Source: Camelus ferus (lineage: Eukaryota). Taken from it: a DNA stretch of 64,000 nucleotides. The stretch lies in contig NC_045696.1 of the NCBI RefSeq assembly GCF_009834535.1, positions 18,540,001-18,604,000 of the forward strand. Direction: 5' to 3'. Positions 39,010-52,318 of this stretch are shown here, in pieces (within the stretch, counting starts at the first letter, position 1; every line of letters begins with the position of its first letter). The notes under the pieces were generated by a model, which was given only the letters and a program-made list of their open reading frames with translations, ran no database searches and was not told the DNA's origin. The position numbers and the translations under genes were made by a program.

Positions 39010-41330
39010 GTCTGTAATAGTTAACCTAGATTTAATTTTTGTGTGCAGAGTGAGGTAGGGATCCCTGTAGTTATGGAAGTGCATAGCTATCAAAGTGCTG
39101 TGTTCCTCTGATCTACAGTATCAGCTTGGATATACACATTTCCATACACATGGATCTATTTCAGAGTTTTTTTTTTTTTTCTTAGGATCAGTTAATGTGT
39201 TTCTATTTTCTCCAAACTTTCAGTAATACCACTTTCATTAGCTGATAGGGGAAGGCCTATAGATAATTTCTTCATGAACAATTATAGTGTTGATTCTCTT
39301 AAGAAGAATTAGCTTCTTAAGTTAACTCAGAATCTTACAGGGATTTTGATAGGCATGTATGGATCAATGTTGAAAGTATTTGGCATCTTTACAATACTCA
39401 TTTGTTTTATCTAAGGACATAGTAAATTTTCATTTCCTCCAATGAAGGATCCCATATATACTGTAGACTTCTTACATCTCTGACATATTTTTAATTGCTA
39501 GCTTCAATTCTAATAAAGTACATCTTCCAATATCCTGTTGTCAATGTAAAGAAAATTGCCCTTACATATCAATTATGTGTGTGTGTATGTGAATGCATAT
39601 GTTTTAGTCAGCCTACTGCTAAATTACTCTAAACTTTTATGTTCCATTATTAGTGGTATGGAGGAAGGAAGTATAATTCTATATGTAGAAAATAATTATT
39701 TTTAATCCCTAAGTATATACAGTTCTTTAGTACAAAGTAGAAAAACTAAGAACATTGTATTTTCCCTTGACTTACATAGGAAGTCATTCCAAAGGCAGCC
39801 TCATTTCAGTATTTCACAATGAAGTAACATATATAATAGTTTTTTGTGAACATTTCGTCAGACATTTCCCTTCATCCACAGCATACGAAGGGCTTTTTCA
39901 TTAGTACATGTTACATAATATCAAACACGTTGACAGTATCTATTTAGATAATTATGCTTTATCATTTAATTTCTTAATGTGATAAATGATATAAATGGAT
40001 TTTCTAATATTAAAAAACACCCCTGTATTCAGAAGATAAATCAGTTCTTGAGACACTAATATATTTGTAAGATGCTAAATTTTATAATATTTAGAGCCAT
40101 TTAAAGTACCTCAGGGTGTTGAGTTAGACCTTAATTGTCTTATCTAGTTTTTCTAAGAAAAGTATATTCATAAATTTCTGTGGAATATTAAGGCTCATAC
40201 ATTAGGCGGGGGATATCTTTCAATTCCCTAGAAAATGCTAAAATAAAATGGACATTGTTATTTCATGAATGTGTGATAGTATATTATCCTCAAATTGGCC
40301 TGGGTGAGAGTTTTCCTTGTGAAAGTTTCTCTTAAGATTTTATTGACTCAGATTTCTTAGTAAGTCTACTTAAGTTTTTTCTGTTTTCCCAATGTTTTGA
40401 GGTCAGTTTTGCTAGCGTTAGAACTTTCCACAACTTCTAAATTTTCAAAACTACTGTTAGAATTTTAGATAAAATACTTGTGTATTATTTAACCATTATA
40501 ACGCCAGTGGATACATATTTAAATTGTTTCCTATTATATATATATTCAAATTTTTGATAATTTTTAGAAATGTAATATTCTCTTCTTGAAATTTCCATTG
40601 TTCACTGTTAACTCCTGTCTAGTATACTTTAGCATTTAAATTTCAATAATTTTTGCTTCTAAGTTTTTTCTATTCTGTTTGCATTTATTCTGCTACATTT
40701 TTCCAGTTACTTAGGTTGGATTCTTAACTTCTTAATTTTGAGCTATTCTTTTTATTTTCTTTCCCTCCCTTTATTTTTTCTATTTTTAACATTTTAAGAA
40801 TGAATTTTTTCCTAAAAGTAATAATTTCTCTGCATTTTTTAGTATTTTATTTTGCCACAAAACTAAACCTTGAATTTAATTTCAAGAGCAGTAATACTGT
40901 GGTCTGAAGTGCTGTGGATCCTTGTGATCATTCATTAAGAAAATAATATTTTGTTGAAGAAAAGTATATTTAGTGAATTATAGTAAAACCAATTTATTGA
41001 TAGTTTTGTCCAAGTCTTTTCTAACCTTACTGATTTTTATCCCTGCTTGCTCTTTAAATTACTGAGAGGAGACTTGACATACCCAAAAATCTCTTCTGAT
41101 TTTTGCATAATTACTGCTCAGTTATTTTGAAGCTGTTGCTTGGCACATAGCCATTTAGTATTTTCTTATAAAAGATACTGCTTTCAAGACTTCCTCTTTA
41201 TCTTTAATTCTTGGGTGTCTTGGTATCTATGAAACAGGATAGAGTACTGAGGAACGTTTTTTGAGGAATTTTGGGGATACTTAAATGGTTTATTTTTTTT
41301 TAATTTTGGAAAAGTTTTAGTCACTATTTT
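39010..41330 (-). mobile_element. Very old L1 (L1ME-like) ORF2 remnants
   Basis: tttaatttttgtgtgcagagtgaggtagggatcc, gggattttgatagg and tttggcatctttacaatact, in the order expected for L1 ORF2 antisense. Confidence 0.65.
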
Positions 41331-42929
41331 TTTCTTGTAGGTATTCTACTCTTTAAATAATAAACTTTGCTGTATCAAAGATCTGTTTCTGGTGGTCTTT
41401 GAGTGTATATTTATTTATGTATTATTTTTTTGTGACTTGTTTCCAGGCTCCCAACAAACACTATTTGACCCTAGTCATACTATTTAATATCTCTTTGTCT
41501 CAAGATCTTATTAAAAGAATGTTTCTCATAGAGTATTTACATTTTAGAATGAACTGTAGTAATCCACATCAAATCATTACAAACACATTGATAGCAGATG
41601 GCTTTGATCTTTATCATTGGGTTATATTCAGAGCAATGGATGAAAATCAGACTAAGTACATTTTTTTTGTTTGTTTTAATATGTAGGATCTAGCCTGAAT
41701 TGCTGGGATTATCTGATAGATTGAGGTGGGATAATTTCTAACTTTTCTGCTATCCTCTCTGAATCGTGTTTTTGCAAGTATACTATAAAATTAGTAGTGT
41801 TGGCCCTACTACATATGACTCTTCCATTCTTTATACTCATAAAAGGAATTAATTACTTGAATCATAAACCCTCCATACAATGCAAACCCCAGCTTCTACC
41901 CACTGATTACTAGGTTTGCCTCATATAATTCTTATATGTGAATTGTATTATAAAAAGATGGTGGAGTTGGAAAAATTAAGCACTCATAAAAGAAAAAATA
42001 GATCAATGTAACAAAATTATGGTAATAGACATTCAGATAAAGCATCATCACTCTTTTCTTCCAGTCCTGCAGAATTTTGTATATTTATCTCTTAAATGGT
42101 AAATGTGTCAGTTTCTCAATGCATCTGTTACTTAATGCAAGATATTTCCTATCGGTGGGATTTCTTCAAGTGTTGGGTAAAAATTTGACCTATAGTGTTT
42201 CACTTTATTGTGGTTTTCAGCTTGTTATGTCTCCAAAATATTTTAGTGAAAACAAATTGTGTATTTAGGAAACATTAGCTATATCTCTTTGACACTGGAA
42301 ATCCTGATTAATTTTGAGCTCATCTTGAACCCTAGTTTCTCCAAATTGAGTCAGTTTATTAGTTCTCAGCTTTTCCTACTTTAAATTTTATAAATCTCAA
42401 CTTTTAATTGTGGTTATCTACATTGTAATTAAATTGCTTGTATGAGTTTTGAAAGTCATTGTGATTCTCTTTACGTGAAAAAATTAAAGGAAATAATGAT
42501 ACATGTATGCATGTATGGTCATTAATCTTTTATAGTGGCCTTAATTTGGAATCATATTTTCTGACTTGAGTGCCTATTTGTCTCAACTTCTTTGTTTAAC
42601 TGATAATCAAAATAACTAAACAATTCCAGAAATAATTTACATGTAAATATAAATGGTAAGTTGATAGCTATCACTACAATACCAGCAGAAGACAGCCTTT
42701 GCATATACAAATAGACAATTCTCCAGCATCATATTGTTACTTGGATCTGCTGTACTAAAATCACCTCAATCCCATCAGACTTTCATGTTTTTGCCCCACT
42801 TCTCAGGGGATTTCTCTCTCCTGAGTCAAATCAATTAAAATCGTGTGGCTAAGTTAGGATGTTACTAGAAAAATGCAATACTTTCCCCCAGTACCCAGTT
42901 ACTATTATTTTTAAATGGCCTCCTGCATC

Positions 42930-43368
42930 TTTATTTTTTATTAAAGTATTTTTGATTTACAATGTTAGTTTCAAGTGTACAATGTAGTGATTAAAATTTT
43001 TTATAGGTTATACTCCATTTAAAGTTAGCATAAAATATTGGCTGTATTATCTATGCTGTACAATAAATGATTGTAGTGTGTTTATTTTATACATAATAGT
43101 TTCAAATTCTTTATTTCCTATCCCTCTTATCTTTTCCATACTCCCTCTCCCCAGTTGAAATCACTAGTTTGTTCTCTATGTCTGTGAGTCTGTTTCTGTT
43201 GTTTCATTTATTCATTTGTTTTATTTTTTAGATTCCACATATAACTGATAAGATACAGTATTTGTCTTTCTCTAGTCTGACTTACTTCACTAATCGTAAT
43301 ACCCTCCGGGTCTATCCATCTTGTTGCCAATGGCACAATTTTACTCTAACAGATGTGTTGTATTCCAT

Positions 43369-43399
<31 letters not shown>

Positions 43400-45625
43400 C
43401 ACATTCTCATCAATTCATCTGTTGATGGATACTTATGAGTGCTTCCATATCTTGGCTATTGTAAATCCTTCTCCTGTGAACATTGGGGTGCATGTTTGTT
43501 TGTGAATTAGAGTTTTTATTTTCTTTGGATGTCTAACCAGGTGTAGAGTTGCTGGGTCAGATGATAGCTGTATTTTTAGATTTTTGAGGGAACTCTGTAC
43601 TGTTTTCCATAGTGGCTATACCAATTTACATCCCCACCAACAGTGTACTAGGGTTCCCTTTTCTCCGTATCCTTGCCAACATTTGTTATTTGTGGTATTT
43701 TTGATGATAGCCATTTTGACAGGTGTGAGGTAATATCTCATTGTGGTTTTGATTAGCATTTCTAGGATTCACATTGTTTAGCATCCTTTCATGTACCTGT
43801 TGGCCACCTTTGTCTTCGTTGGAAAAAAGTCCATTCAGATTTTTTGCTCATTCTTCAGTTGTGTTTGTGTTTTGATACTGAGTTATATAAGATGTTCATA
43901 TTTTGGATGTTAACTCCGTATCAGTCATATCATTTCCAAGTATTTTGTCCCACTCAGTAGGTTGTCTTTTTGTCAATGGTTCCCTTTGCTGTGCAAAAGC
44001 TTTTCAGTTTAATTAGGTCCCATTTGTCTATTTTGGCTCTTTCCTTAGCTTTAGGGGATGGTTCTCAAAATACGATGTATGTCTAAGGGTGTTCTTCCTA
44101 TGTTTTCTTCCTGGAGTTTTATAGTTTCTGGTCTTATATCTAGATGTTTATCCATTTTGAGTTTTTTTCATGTGTTGTGCAAAAATGTTTTAATTTTGTT
44201 TACATGTAATTGTCCAGTTTTTCCAACACAACTTATTGAAGAGATTATATTTTCCTCATCATTTATTCTTTTTTTCCCTATTGTATATTCTTACCTCCTT
44301 TATTGAAGATTACTTGGCCACAAGTGTGGATTTATTTCTGGGTTCTCTATTTTGTTCCATTATCTGTGTGTCTGTTTTTGTGCCAGTGTCATGCTTTTTT
44401 GATTACTGTTGCCCTGTAGTACAGTATGAGCCAGGGAGCCTGATACATCCAGATGTGCTTTTTCTCATGATTGTTGTGACTATTTGGGGTCTTTTGTGTT
44501 TCCATACAAATTTTAGAATTATTCTAGTTTTGTGGAAAAAGGCCATAGGTATTTAGATAGGGATTGCATTGAATCTGTAGATTGCTTTGGTTTTTATGGT
44601 TATTTTAACAATACTGATTTTCCTAATCCATAAACATAGTATATCTTTCTATTTGTGTCATCTTCAATTTCTTTCATCAGTGTCTTAAAGTTTTCTGAGT
44701 ACAGGTTTCTTACCTCCTTAGGTAGGTTGATTCCTAGGCATTTTACTCTTTTTGATGTGATGGTGAATGAGATTGTTTTCTTAATTTCCTTTTCTGATAT
44801 TTTGTTAGTGTATATAAATGCAATAGATTTCTATGTATTAATTTTGAATCCTACAGCTTAACCTAACTCATTGAGCTCTTACAGTTTTATGGTGGCATCT
44901 TTAGGATTTTCTGTGTATAGTATCATGTTATCTACAAAAAAACCAATGACAGTTTTACTTTCCAATTAGGATTTCTTTTATTTATTTTTCTAGTCTAATT
45001 GCTATGGCTGTGCTATGGCCAATAATTCCAATATTATGTTGAATAAAAGTGAAACTGGGCGTCCTTGTCTTGTTCCTGATCTTAGAGGAAAATGTTTCAG
45101 CTTTACACCACTGAATAAGATGTTAGCTGTCAACTTACCATATATGGCCAACAACCCTAACCTTAACATCTAAGGCCATCTAATCCTGGATTTTTGTTTT
45201 TTTTTCAGAGTTTTAAAAATTGCTGATTCAATTTCATTACTGATAATAGGTCTGTTCATATGTTTTATTTCTTCCTGATTCAGTCATGACAATGTATCCA
45301 TTTCCAGGAATTTATCAATTTTTCCAGGTTGTCCATTTTATTGGTATATAATTTTTTATAGTAATCTCCTATGATCCTTTATATTTCTGTGGTATTGGTT
45401 GTTAACTCTTCCTTTTTAATTTCTAATTTTGATTTGGAACCTGTTTTTTTTCTTTTTTCCTTGTTGAGTCTGACTAAAGGTTTATAAATTTCATCTTTTC
45501 AAAAAACTAGTTCTTAAGTTCACTGACCTCTTTTTTTTTTTTCAGTCTATTAATTTCTGCTATGGCTTTTATGATTGCTTTCCTTCTACTAATCCTGGGT
45601 TTTGTTCACTTTTTAGGTGTAAAAT
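42930..45625 (-). mobile_element. 5'-truncated L1 (3' UTR plus about 2 kb of ORF2), decayed, with an internal deletion
   Basis: T-rich tail, L1 3' UTR and continuous ORF2 antisense motifs (ccaacagtgtactagggttccc, gctgtgcaaaagcttttcagtttaattaggtccc, gggattgcattgaatctgtagattgc). Confidence 0.93.
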
Positions 45626-48600
45626 TACCAATTATTAAATAAAACCTATAAAGTCTACATAAAATTACTGTTTCTTAGAATGTTATACCTTGTCAGGATT
45701 TTTGAGCTTTAAAGCCACTTCAGTTTCTAGCTGTCCAAGATCCTAACTTCCTTCCTGTGGATACTTTATACATTAAGCCCATGGTTTTTGATATTAAAAC
45801 CAATCAGACACACTTACATATAACAAACTAGTAAGGCTGTGACCTAGTTGGTATTCATTAGATGACATTGACTTCTTTTCATCTCTGGTAGCTCACTTTA
45901 AGTTTACCTCTAAATTCAAGGAACATTTAACTCCTCTTTCCCTTGCAAAACCCCACTTATTCTTCCAGCTATTAGCTATTTCTTTGGTTTTTGCCTACAT
46001 TTGGCTATACGCTTTTTGTTTTAGACTGATGGTTAAATTTTTATTTCATTTTAGAAATCGCAGAGTGTCTGAAAGGCACTCAAAAAGGAAGGTGGGCTTA
46101 GGGACCCATATTTAAGTTGCTGCTCAAAGTAGTGGTGTGGAAACCTGTAATCATTAAAACAAAACAAACTCTGAAGATGTTTGAATTTTCAAAAAGAGCT
46201 CCAAAATTGTCTGAATATTCAAAAAGAGTTCCAAGATTAAATTTTCTTGACAATCTAATTTAAAATTTTTGGTTTTACTTAATATACACATTTGATAGCA
46301 GTGTTATCCAGAGAAAGGACTTGGCATAATAAAACAGAATGTGCAATAAAGTATGAAATACATGAAAGGATTTGGGTCTAAAGTTTAACTTAAAATACCA
46401 AAAATGATTTTTATATCTCCTTTGAGTGACAAAAAACATCTCTTGAAGTTTCTTAGTGGTTTGGTTAAGGAACTGAGACAAAAATAAAGTGACAATAAAA
46501 TAAAACAGAAGCACAAATTTTAGGAAATAATACAAACCGTCTGATCTTTTGGGACTTAGGCCAAACCAAATCATTTGAATTTCCTTTGCCACCATCCTGC
46601 AATTAATATGCTAATGATAGTATAATACTGGCAGCAGTAACTATACACTTCAGGATTTAGTGGGCTCTACCTACTCATTTAGTGTCCAACCAGATGTATA
46701 AACAGCTGAAAATTGTGCTTTCAGAGAAGTAAAACTGGAAATAGATCTTATATTTTGGAAGCAAATCTACCTAAAGAAAAAAGGTTTTCCTCTCAATATA
46801 AAAGAAACAGTTTAGAAAGAAATTTACAAGAAAAGAATGATTTTCTACTATTTAGAGAGCTTTTCATTAATTTAAGCTAAGATACTTGGGCCTCTGCTGT
46901 TACACTATGTCCACGATACCTAGAATGATATTCACCACGTTGCAAGTGCTTGGTTAGTATTTTTTGATGGTAAGAATAGCACAATACAGAAAAAAATGAA
47001 TGTCACCAAAGAAAATAGATAATGCTAATGTACACTTATACTACATGGTAACATTCATATGCAGATGTTGCCATAAGTTTGTGGTCTTAATATTTTTATT
47101 ATACATTATATTATGTGATATTAGCAATATTATAGGATGTGATATTAGCAAAGAATTATTCTAACAGAATGCTAACAAGGCATTTTGCTTTTTTTTCCTT
47201 AACTGTATATGTGTTAGTTTCTGTGGGGCGGGTATGTCTGAGAGTTAAGCTTCAGGAAGGAGAGGGACAAAAATGAGTTAAATGAAACTCTAGTAAAACA
47301 AATGCTCTGTTAAAACTGGTCTGTATTATACTGGTTGCTTCTATGTAAATATCTAAGTACTTGTGCATATGTCATTTTTGTGTATGATACATTGAAGTAT
47401 AGGTATGTGTGAGGTAGGCATATGTGTATGAAGGTTTTCAGGCAGGGACAGAGTGACAAGGTAATAAAGTATAGAACAAGTATAAAGCAAGATGACAAAT
47501 TGGGGAGTATGGAGTATTCATCACAGAGAAATGCCAGTGTGTTCCAACTGGGAATCAAGACCAAGGCAGCAGATGGACCATCTAAAATTATACAAATCAA
47601 GGACAGATGTTAGGGTGCACAGGTATGAGTGATGTGCAAACAGTACTACTGAGAATGCTTCAGCAGTGGCCACGCCGAGCTCGGCTCATGTATCAGCTGC
47701 CTCAGTGGGACAGCACACATTTAAATCACCAAATCAACGTAAATGCTAACCTAATTTAGACAAAAGTAACTTTTAAAATACCATTTAACTAGCTAATCAC
47801 TCCAATTATCTACTTCCCAGCGGTAATCTAGCTTCCTGAGCTTTCTGAATGTAGTAAGAATAAAGATATAATAAGCCATTTTTATTGTGATTCAGATTCT
47901 ATTAAGAGTCTGTACTCAGGCAAGGAAATAAAATGACTCTCAGATAAATAATATTTTCTGCCAGTAAAAATATAAATAAATGTGAAGTGGGCATATATGT
48001 GAAGTTAAATTTTTTTGAAATTGATTTCTCAGTTGAATGCATTTTATAGGAAAATCATCCATTCATTTCACTTGAATTGTTTACCTGAGTGTAAAAAGCA
48101 AAACTCGGACAAGAAAAACTAAAATTTATACTCGTTTGACAAAACAAAATTGGATATTGCCCATGTCCTGATCAGCTTGCCCAGACTCGTCTTTTGGCTA
48201 TACAATGCTGATGCTTTTGACTAGAGACATCTGTTAAATTTATAAATTCACAGTTGCTGCCAAACAACACTACCAAAGAGGTATGCACCTGCTGTAGGAA
48301 GCTGGAAGGAATGCAAATGTGTGAACCTGCCCAGACAGCTAGAAATCTCAAACCCTCGGCTCATTACCTGTCTGTGTAATTGGCTGAGATCACAGCCTTG
48401 TAACCTGAAGCCTGTCCATTGATGGACATATCACATATTTTAATATTAATGACCAATGTCAAGAAGAAGCTTATTTTTAACTCATTTTTCTATGAGACTT
48501 GGAAAAAAAATTTGATACATTCTAATCCCCTCTTATAAATAAATATGGAAATGGTGATTTCACTGTGAAACAAGATTCAGATCAGTTACAAGGCCCACAG

Positions 48601-48916
48601 CTTTCTAGCTCTTATCTCCTGTACTAGTAGCTCGTCCCCAGGTCCCCCAACGTGGGGTAACATATCCGGCATGCTGGCAGTTGAGTAAGGTGTCTACCTA
48701 GATCTGTGAGGTGAGGTTCTGCAGCACAACGAGTTGTTGCCTTAAAAATCATAGACATGCTGCTGACCGTTCACAGGTAACTCAGACTTATGAAAGGTCT
48801 TCAGGAGGGATGTTACTGTCAATCTTAATTCATGTTTAGTAGTTAATTGAGAAAGGTGAAACTCATTGCCCATACTACACACACATTACACACACAGTGG
48901 TCAAGTCAGTGATGAT

Positions 48917-49016
48917 AAAGAATAAAATGCCATTTGCAGCAATGTGGATGGGCCTAGAAATTGTCATTCTAAGTGAAGTAAATCAGAAAGAGAAAGAAAA
49001 AGACCATATGATATCA
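48917..49016 (+). mobile_element. Isolated 100-bp L1 ORF2 C-terminal fragment with no 3' UTR or tail
   Basis: Translates to KNKMPFAAMWMGLEIVILSEVNQKEKEKDHMIS, matching the end of the ORF at 52605-52979. Confidence 0.85.
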
Positions 49017-49529
49017 AAGTTCAAATCCTAATTTTACCAATACTGTTAACTACTTTTAAATATTCTACTTTTAAAGTGAGACTTGAAGTTTGGATCAGAA
49101 AACAACTATGTTGTATCTGCTCCTACAACCTAATTCTGACCCATTGGATAAAATCCATAGTGGGCCCTGTGAGATTTAGCATCACTAAAGATAACATTTT
49201 CTTCAGCCACTTAATTTCAAGAAACAGTTCTGTAAATTATTAGGTCCACTTTGGGGTCGTCTTAGAATTCTGAACGTCAGGTTTTGAATTTTCCCTCTTT
49301 CCCCCACTTCAAGCAAACTGCTGTAGGTGGGTGTGATCACTCATCTTTAATTCGTCAGGATCTCCCCACACCAACACCACTTCTCTGGCTCCAACTTTTG
49401 ACTTCCTTGATGTTGGAGAATTAAGCAATATGGAGGTAAGATGGGGAAAAAATATTCTAGAGTCTAGAGATACTGCAGTTAAAAAAAAAAAAATTTGTAC
49501 TTTGTTCCTCTTTATCACAGTCTGAATGA

Positions 49530-50170
49530 AGTGTGCCTGGGAGTTGGCGACATGTCAGGGAAGCCAGTGTGTTGTGAGCAGAGTCAGCTTGAGTGAGATG
49601 AAGTAGAGAGGTAACTGGGGTGAGACTGCACAGGGGATGCATAGAAAAAAATAGTGACTGGTTACATCTCCCAGAAAGTCTGATTTTTTTTTTTATTTTG
49701 GAGATAGAACTTTGCATTTGAAAATGCTTAAAACTCCAGTTTGTTTACTGTACAGCCAAATGTTGAATACCACTGTTAGAGAATGCTGCCAGCTATTTTT
49801 ACTCTGAGCAAATGAAAGATCACTGAAGTGATCTCATATAAATTACCTTTTTAAAGTATCCTTCCTGTTTCTGCTTTGATGAAAGGCAGCAGAGGGTCAG
49901 GGACAGAACAGTGAGACCAGTTAAGTGGCTATGGCAAAACTCTACATAATGACGATGTGTTGGATCAAGATAATATGGATAAGTGGGGAGAAGTAATTGG
50001 ATGTGTTCTAGCTGTAGACCTGCCAGGAGATTTTGGATAATCAAATATGAGGTATGAGTACAACAAATGAGTCAAGGATGACATCAAGTTTTGGGCAAGT
50101 TTTATACAACTGGAAGAATGAAGCTGCCATTTATTACGATGTATACAATTAGTGAAGAGGCAGGCATGCG
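49530..50170 (-). mobile_element. L2 LINE fragment with a probable MER5-like hAT insert (about 49650-49780)
   Basis: gggaagccagtgtg, gtgagaccagttaagtggctat and gagtcaaggatgacatcaagtttt are L2 motifs. The insert ends cagccaaatgttgaataccactg. Confidence 0.7.
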
Positions 50171-50989
50171 GAGGGTGATTCCAGTATTTTCAAGGGATGG
50201 GCAGAATATTTAGGTTCCAGACAGTATTCTTTAAAGGAACACAGCTGTCCCTATCTTCTGCAGTGGTGGAGGTGGGGGCCAAGGCAGGCATTTCGCTGGG
50301 AACACTCAGACCTGTGACTCACTCTTGAATCCTGCTGAGGGAGCCAGGAAGTCTGAGGAGGAACCCTCTCTGAACTATTGCTGAAGTTAGGGAGGCCAAA
50401 GTAGCTGAGGCTAAGTCCATGTGGAGTCTCCAGCTCACAGAATTCTCGTAAAACCTAGGAATGGTACTTAGAAAAAAGACCTTTGGATCATTTTCTTGGG
50501 AGAGAGGTGAGGGAGCTTAGTTGCATTTTGAACAAAACTATCAGTTGATATTCTGCCACAGGCAGAATTTTTTCATCCACAATGTTTGGATTTAGCCATA
50601 AGAATGAGCTGGAACTTTTTTTTTTTTTTGGAGGGCTGCAGTCTTTAGGAAATTCAAATAAAACTCTCCACATAGTCTCCTTAAAGCCTGATTCAGTTTT
50701 TAAAGATGAGAATAAAACCCTCCATCAGTAGCGACCCTTAATCGAGAGTACAGGAGGTTCGTAGTCCACTGCAGTAGAATTTTTGCATCTGCTCTCCATG
50801 AGGACCCTTTCCTACATTCTGTATGGTGGAGGGTAATAGAAAATTCGCTTTCATTCACCTTCCTGCAGGTCAGTCATGGTGGTGTCATGGTGATTTTGGA
50901 AACTTGGAGGAGTTGACACACGTTGATCTGGGAGCTCCGCCAAAACTAAAATTGCAATAGATTTATTGTAATATATTGTTACATGCACA

Positions 50990-51190
50990 TAGTTCTTTTA
51001 TTTTACTTATGTCACTTGACCTTCATAATAGCTTATGAGTCAAATATGACAGAAATTTATTATCCTCATTTTTAGAGATGAAAATTGGAGTCAGAAGTTC
51101 ACTGACTTGCTTCAGGTGATATACCAGAAAATGAAGAAATCATATTTGAACTCAGATTTTGTGACTTCAGAAAATATTCTTTAATAACAC
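50990..51190 (-). mobile_element. MIR SINE
   Basis: tattatcctcatttttagagatgaaaattggagtcaga...gacttgcttcaggtgat...atttgaactcagatttt. Confidence 0.75.
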
Positions 51191-51449
51191 AAGAATGCTT
51201 CTGTTCCCCATTTTTTCTCAAGAGTGAGTCGTCTGGCCATTGTTTTAAGAGAAAAGTAATCTTGTGTTGTTAATTTCCCTGTGTATCTTCTTTACTGCAG
51301 TGCTGCTCACACAGATACACATATCCTAGGTGATATGAAATGTTAATGCTTATGTCTGTCAGATGTTTATAAAGCAAAAGTATAAAAGTCAAACTTTATG
51401 ATGTTTTGCATTTTACAATGAGAGAGCAACTTTTATTTGACTAATTTTC

Positions 51450-52150
51450 TACAATAAACGTGAATAAAACTTGGATAAAATATTAAATGATATTTTGAGG
51501 ACAGTAATATGTCAAACTAGAAGTTAACATTGAGAGAAGGGAACAACAAGGGGTAAAATTCACACATATATGGCTTTTAGTCACTGGATACACAGAATGA
51601 GATGTGTAGGATCAAAGTCAGTCTTGCTTGATGAGTCCAATGGTACATTTTGAAGCAAAAGAAGGAATGAGATAATTAAAAATGAGATTCCCACGAAGGG
51701 GGAGCCATACAGCAAAAACTCAAATCTGTTCATAAACACTTCCCAAATGGCTGATTGGACCCCACAATATGGTCTTTGAAGGAGAAGCCCAGGTCCCAGC
51801 TAATGATAAAAGCTGAAAAGATGAAGGACAGAGGTTTCTGTTGTTGGCACCTTCAGGAATCAGTCTGGCATTTGAGTTAACTCAAAGTTAACTGCCTGCT
51901 AGAATAAAAGACAACATTATTTAAAGGAAGATAGCAGAACCAGGCAATCTTCATTGTATTAGATACAACATATAGAACACAGTAAAAAATTTCTGCACAT
52001 ACAAAATATATGAAAATGTGACCTGTTGACAAGAATAAAAACATTTAGTAGAAACCAACCACAGGATGACCAAGAGGCTGTATTTAGGGGACAGATTTCA
52101 AGGCAATTTAATATTTTCAAGTGCTCAAAATATGTTCCTTATATTTGGAA
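51450..52150 (+). mobile_element. Old L1M/HAL1-like 5' region fragment
   Basis: ttaactgcctgctagaataaaa...gaaaatgtgacc...agaaaccaaccacaggatgacc. Confidence 0.5.
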
Positions 52151-52318
52151 TCTTGTGAGGCAAAAATACTTGTTTTTTTCTAGGTGCGTATAATTTTACT
52201 CCAAAAACATGAAATGTAAGCTATCAATTTCATAAGTGAAAAAAAAATCAAGAGATTGTATAAACATTAAAAGATTCATTTAAAAGATTATGTAAGTTTT
52301 AGGCTGATAAACAGTTTT

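Noticed and set aside
47674..47685. GC-rich 12-bp palindrome GCCGAGCTCGGC
   Set aside because: Too short to be significant and has no supporting context.
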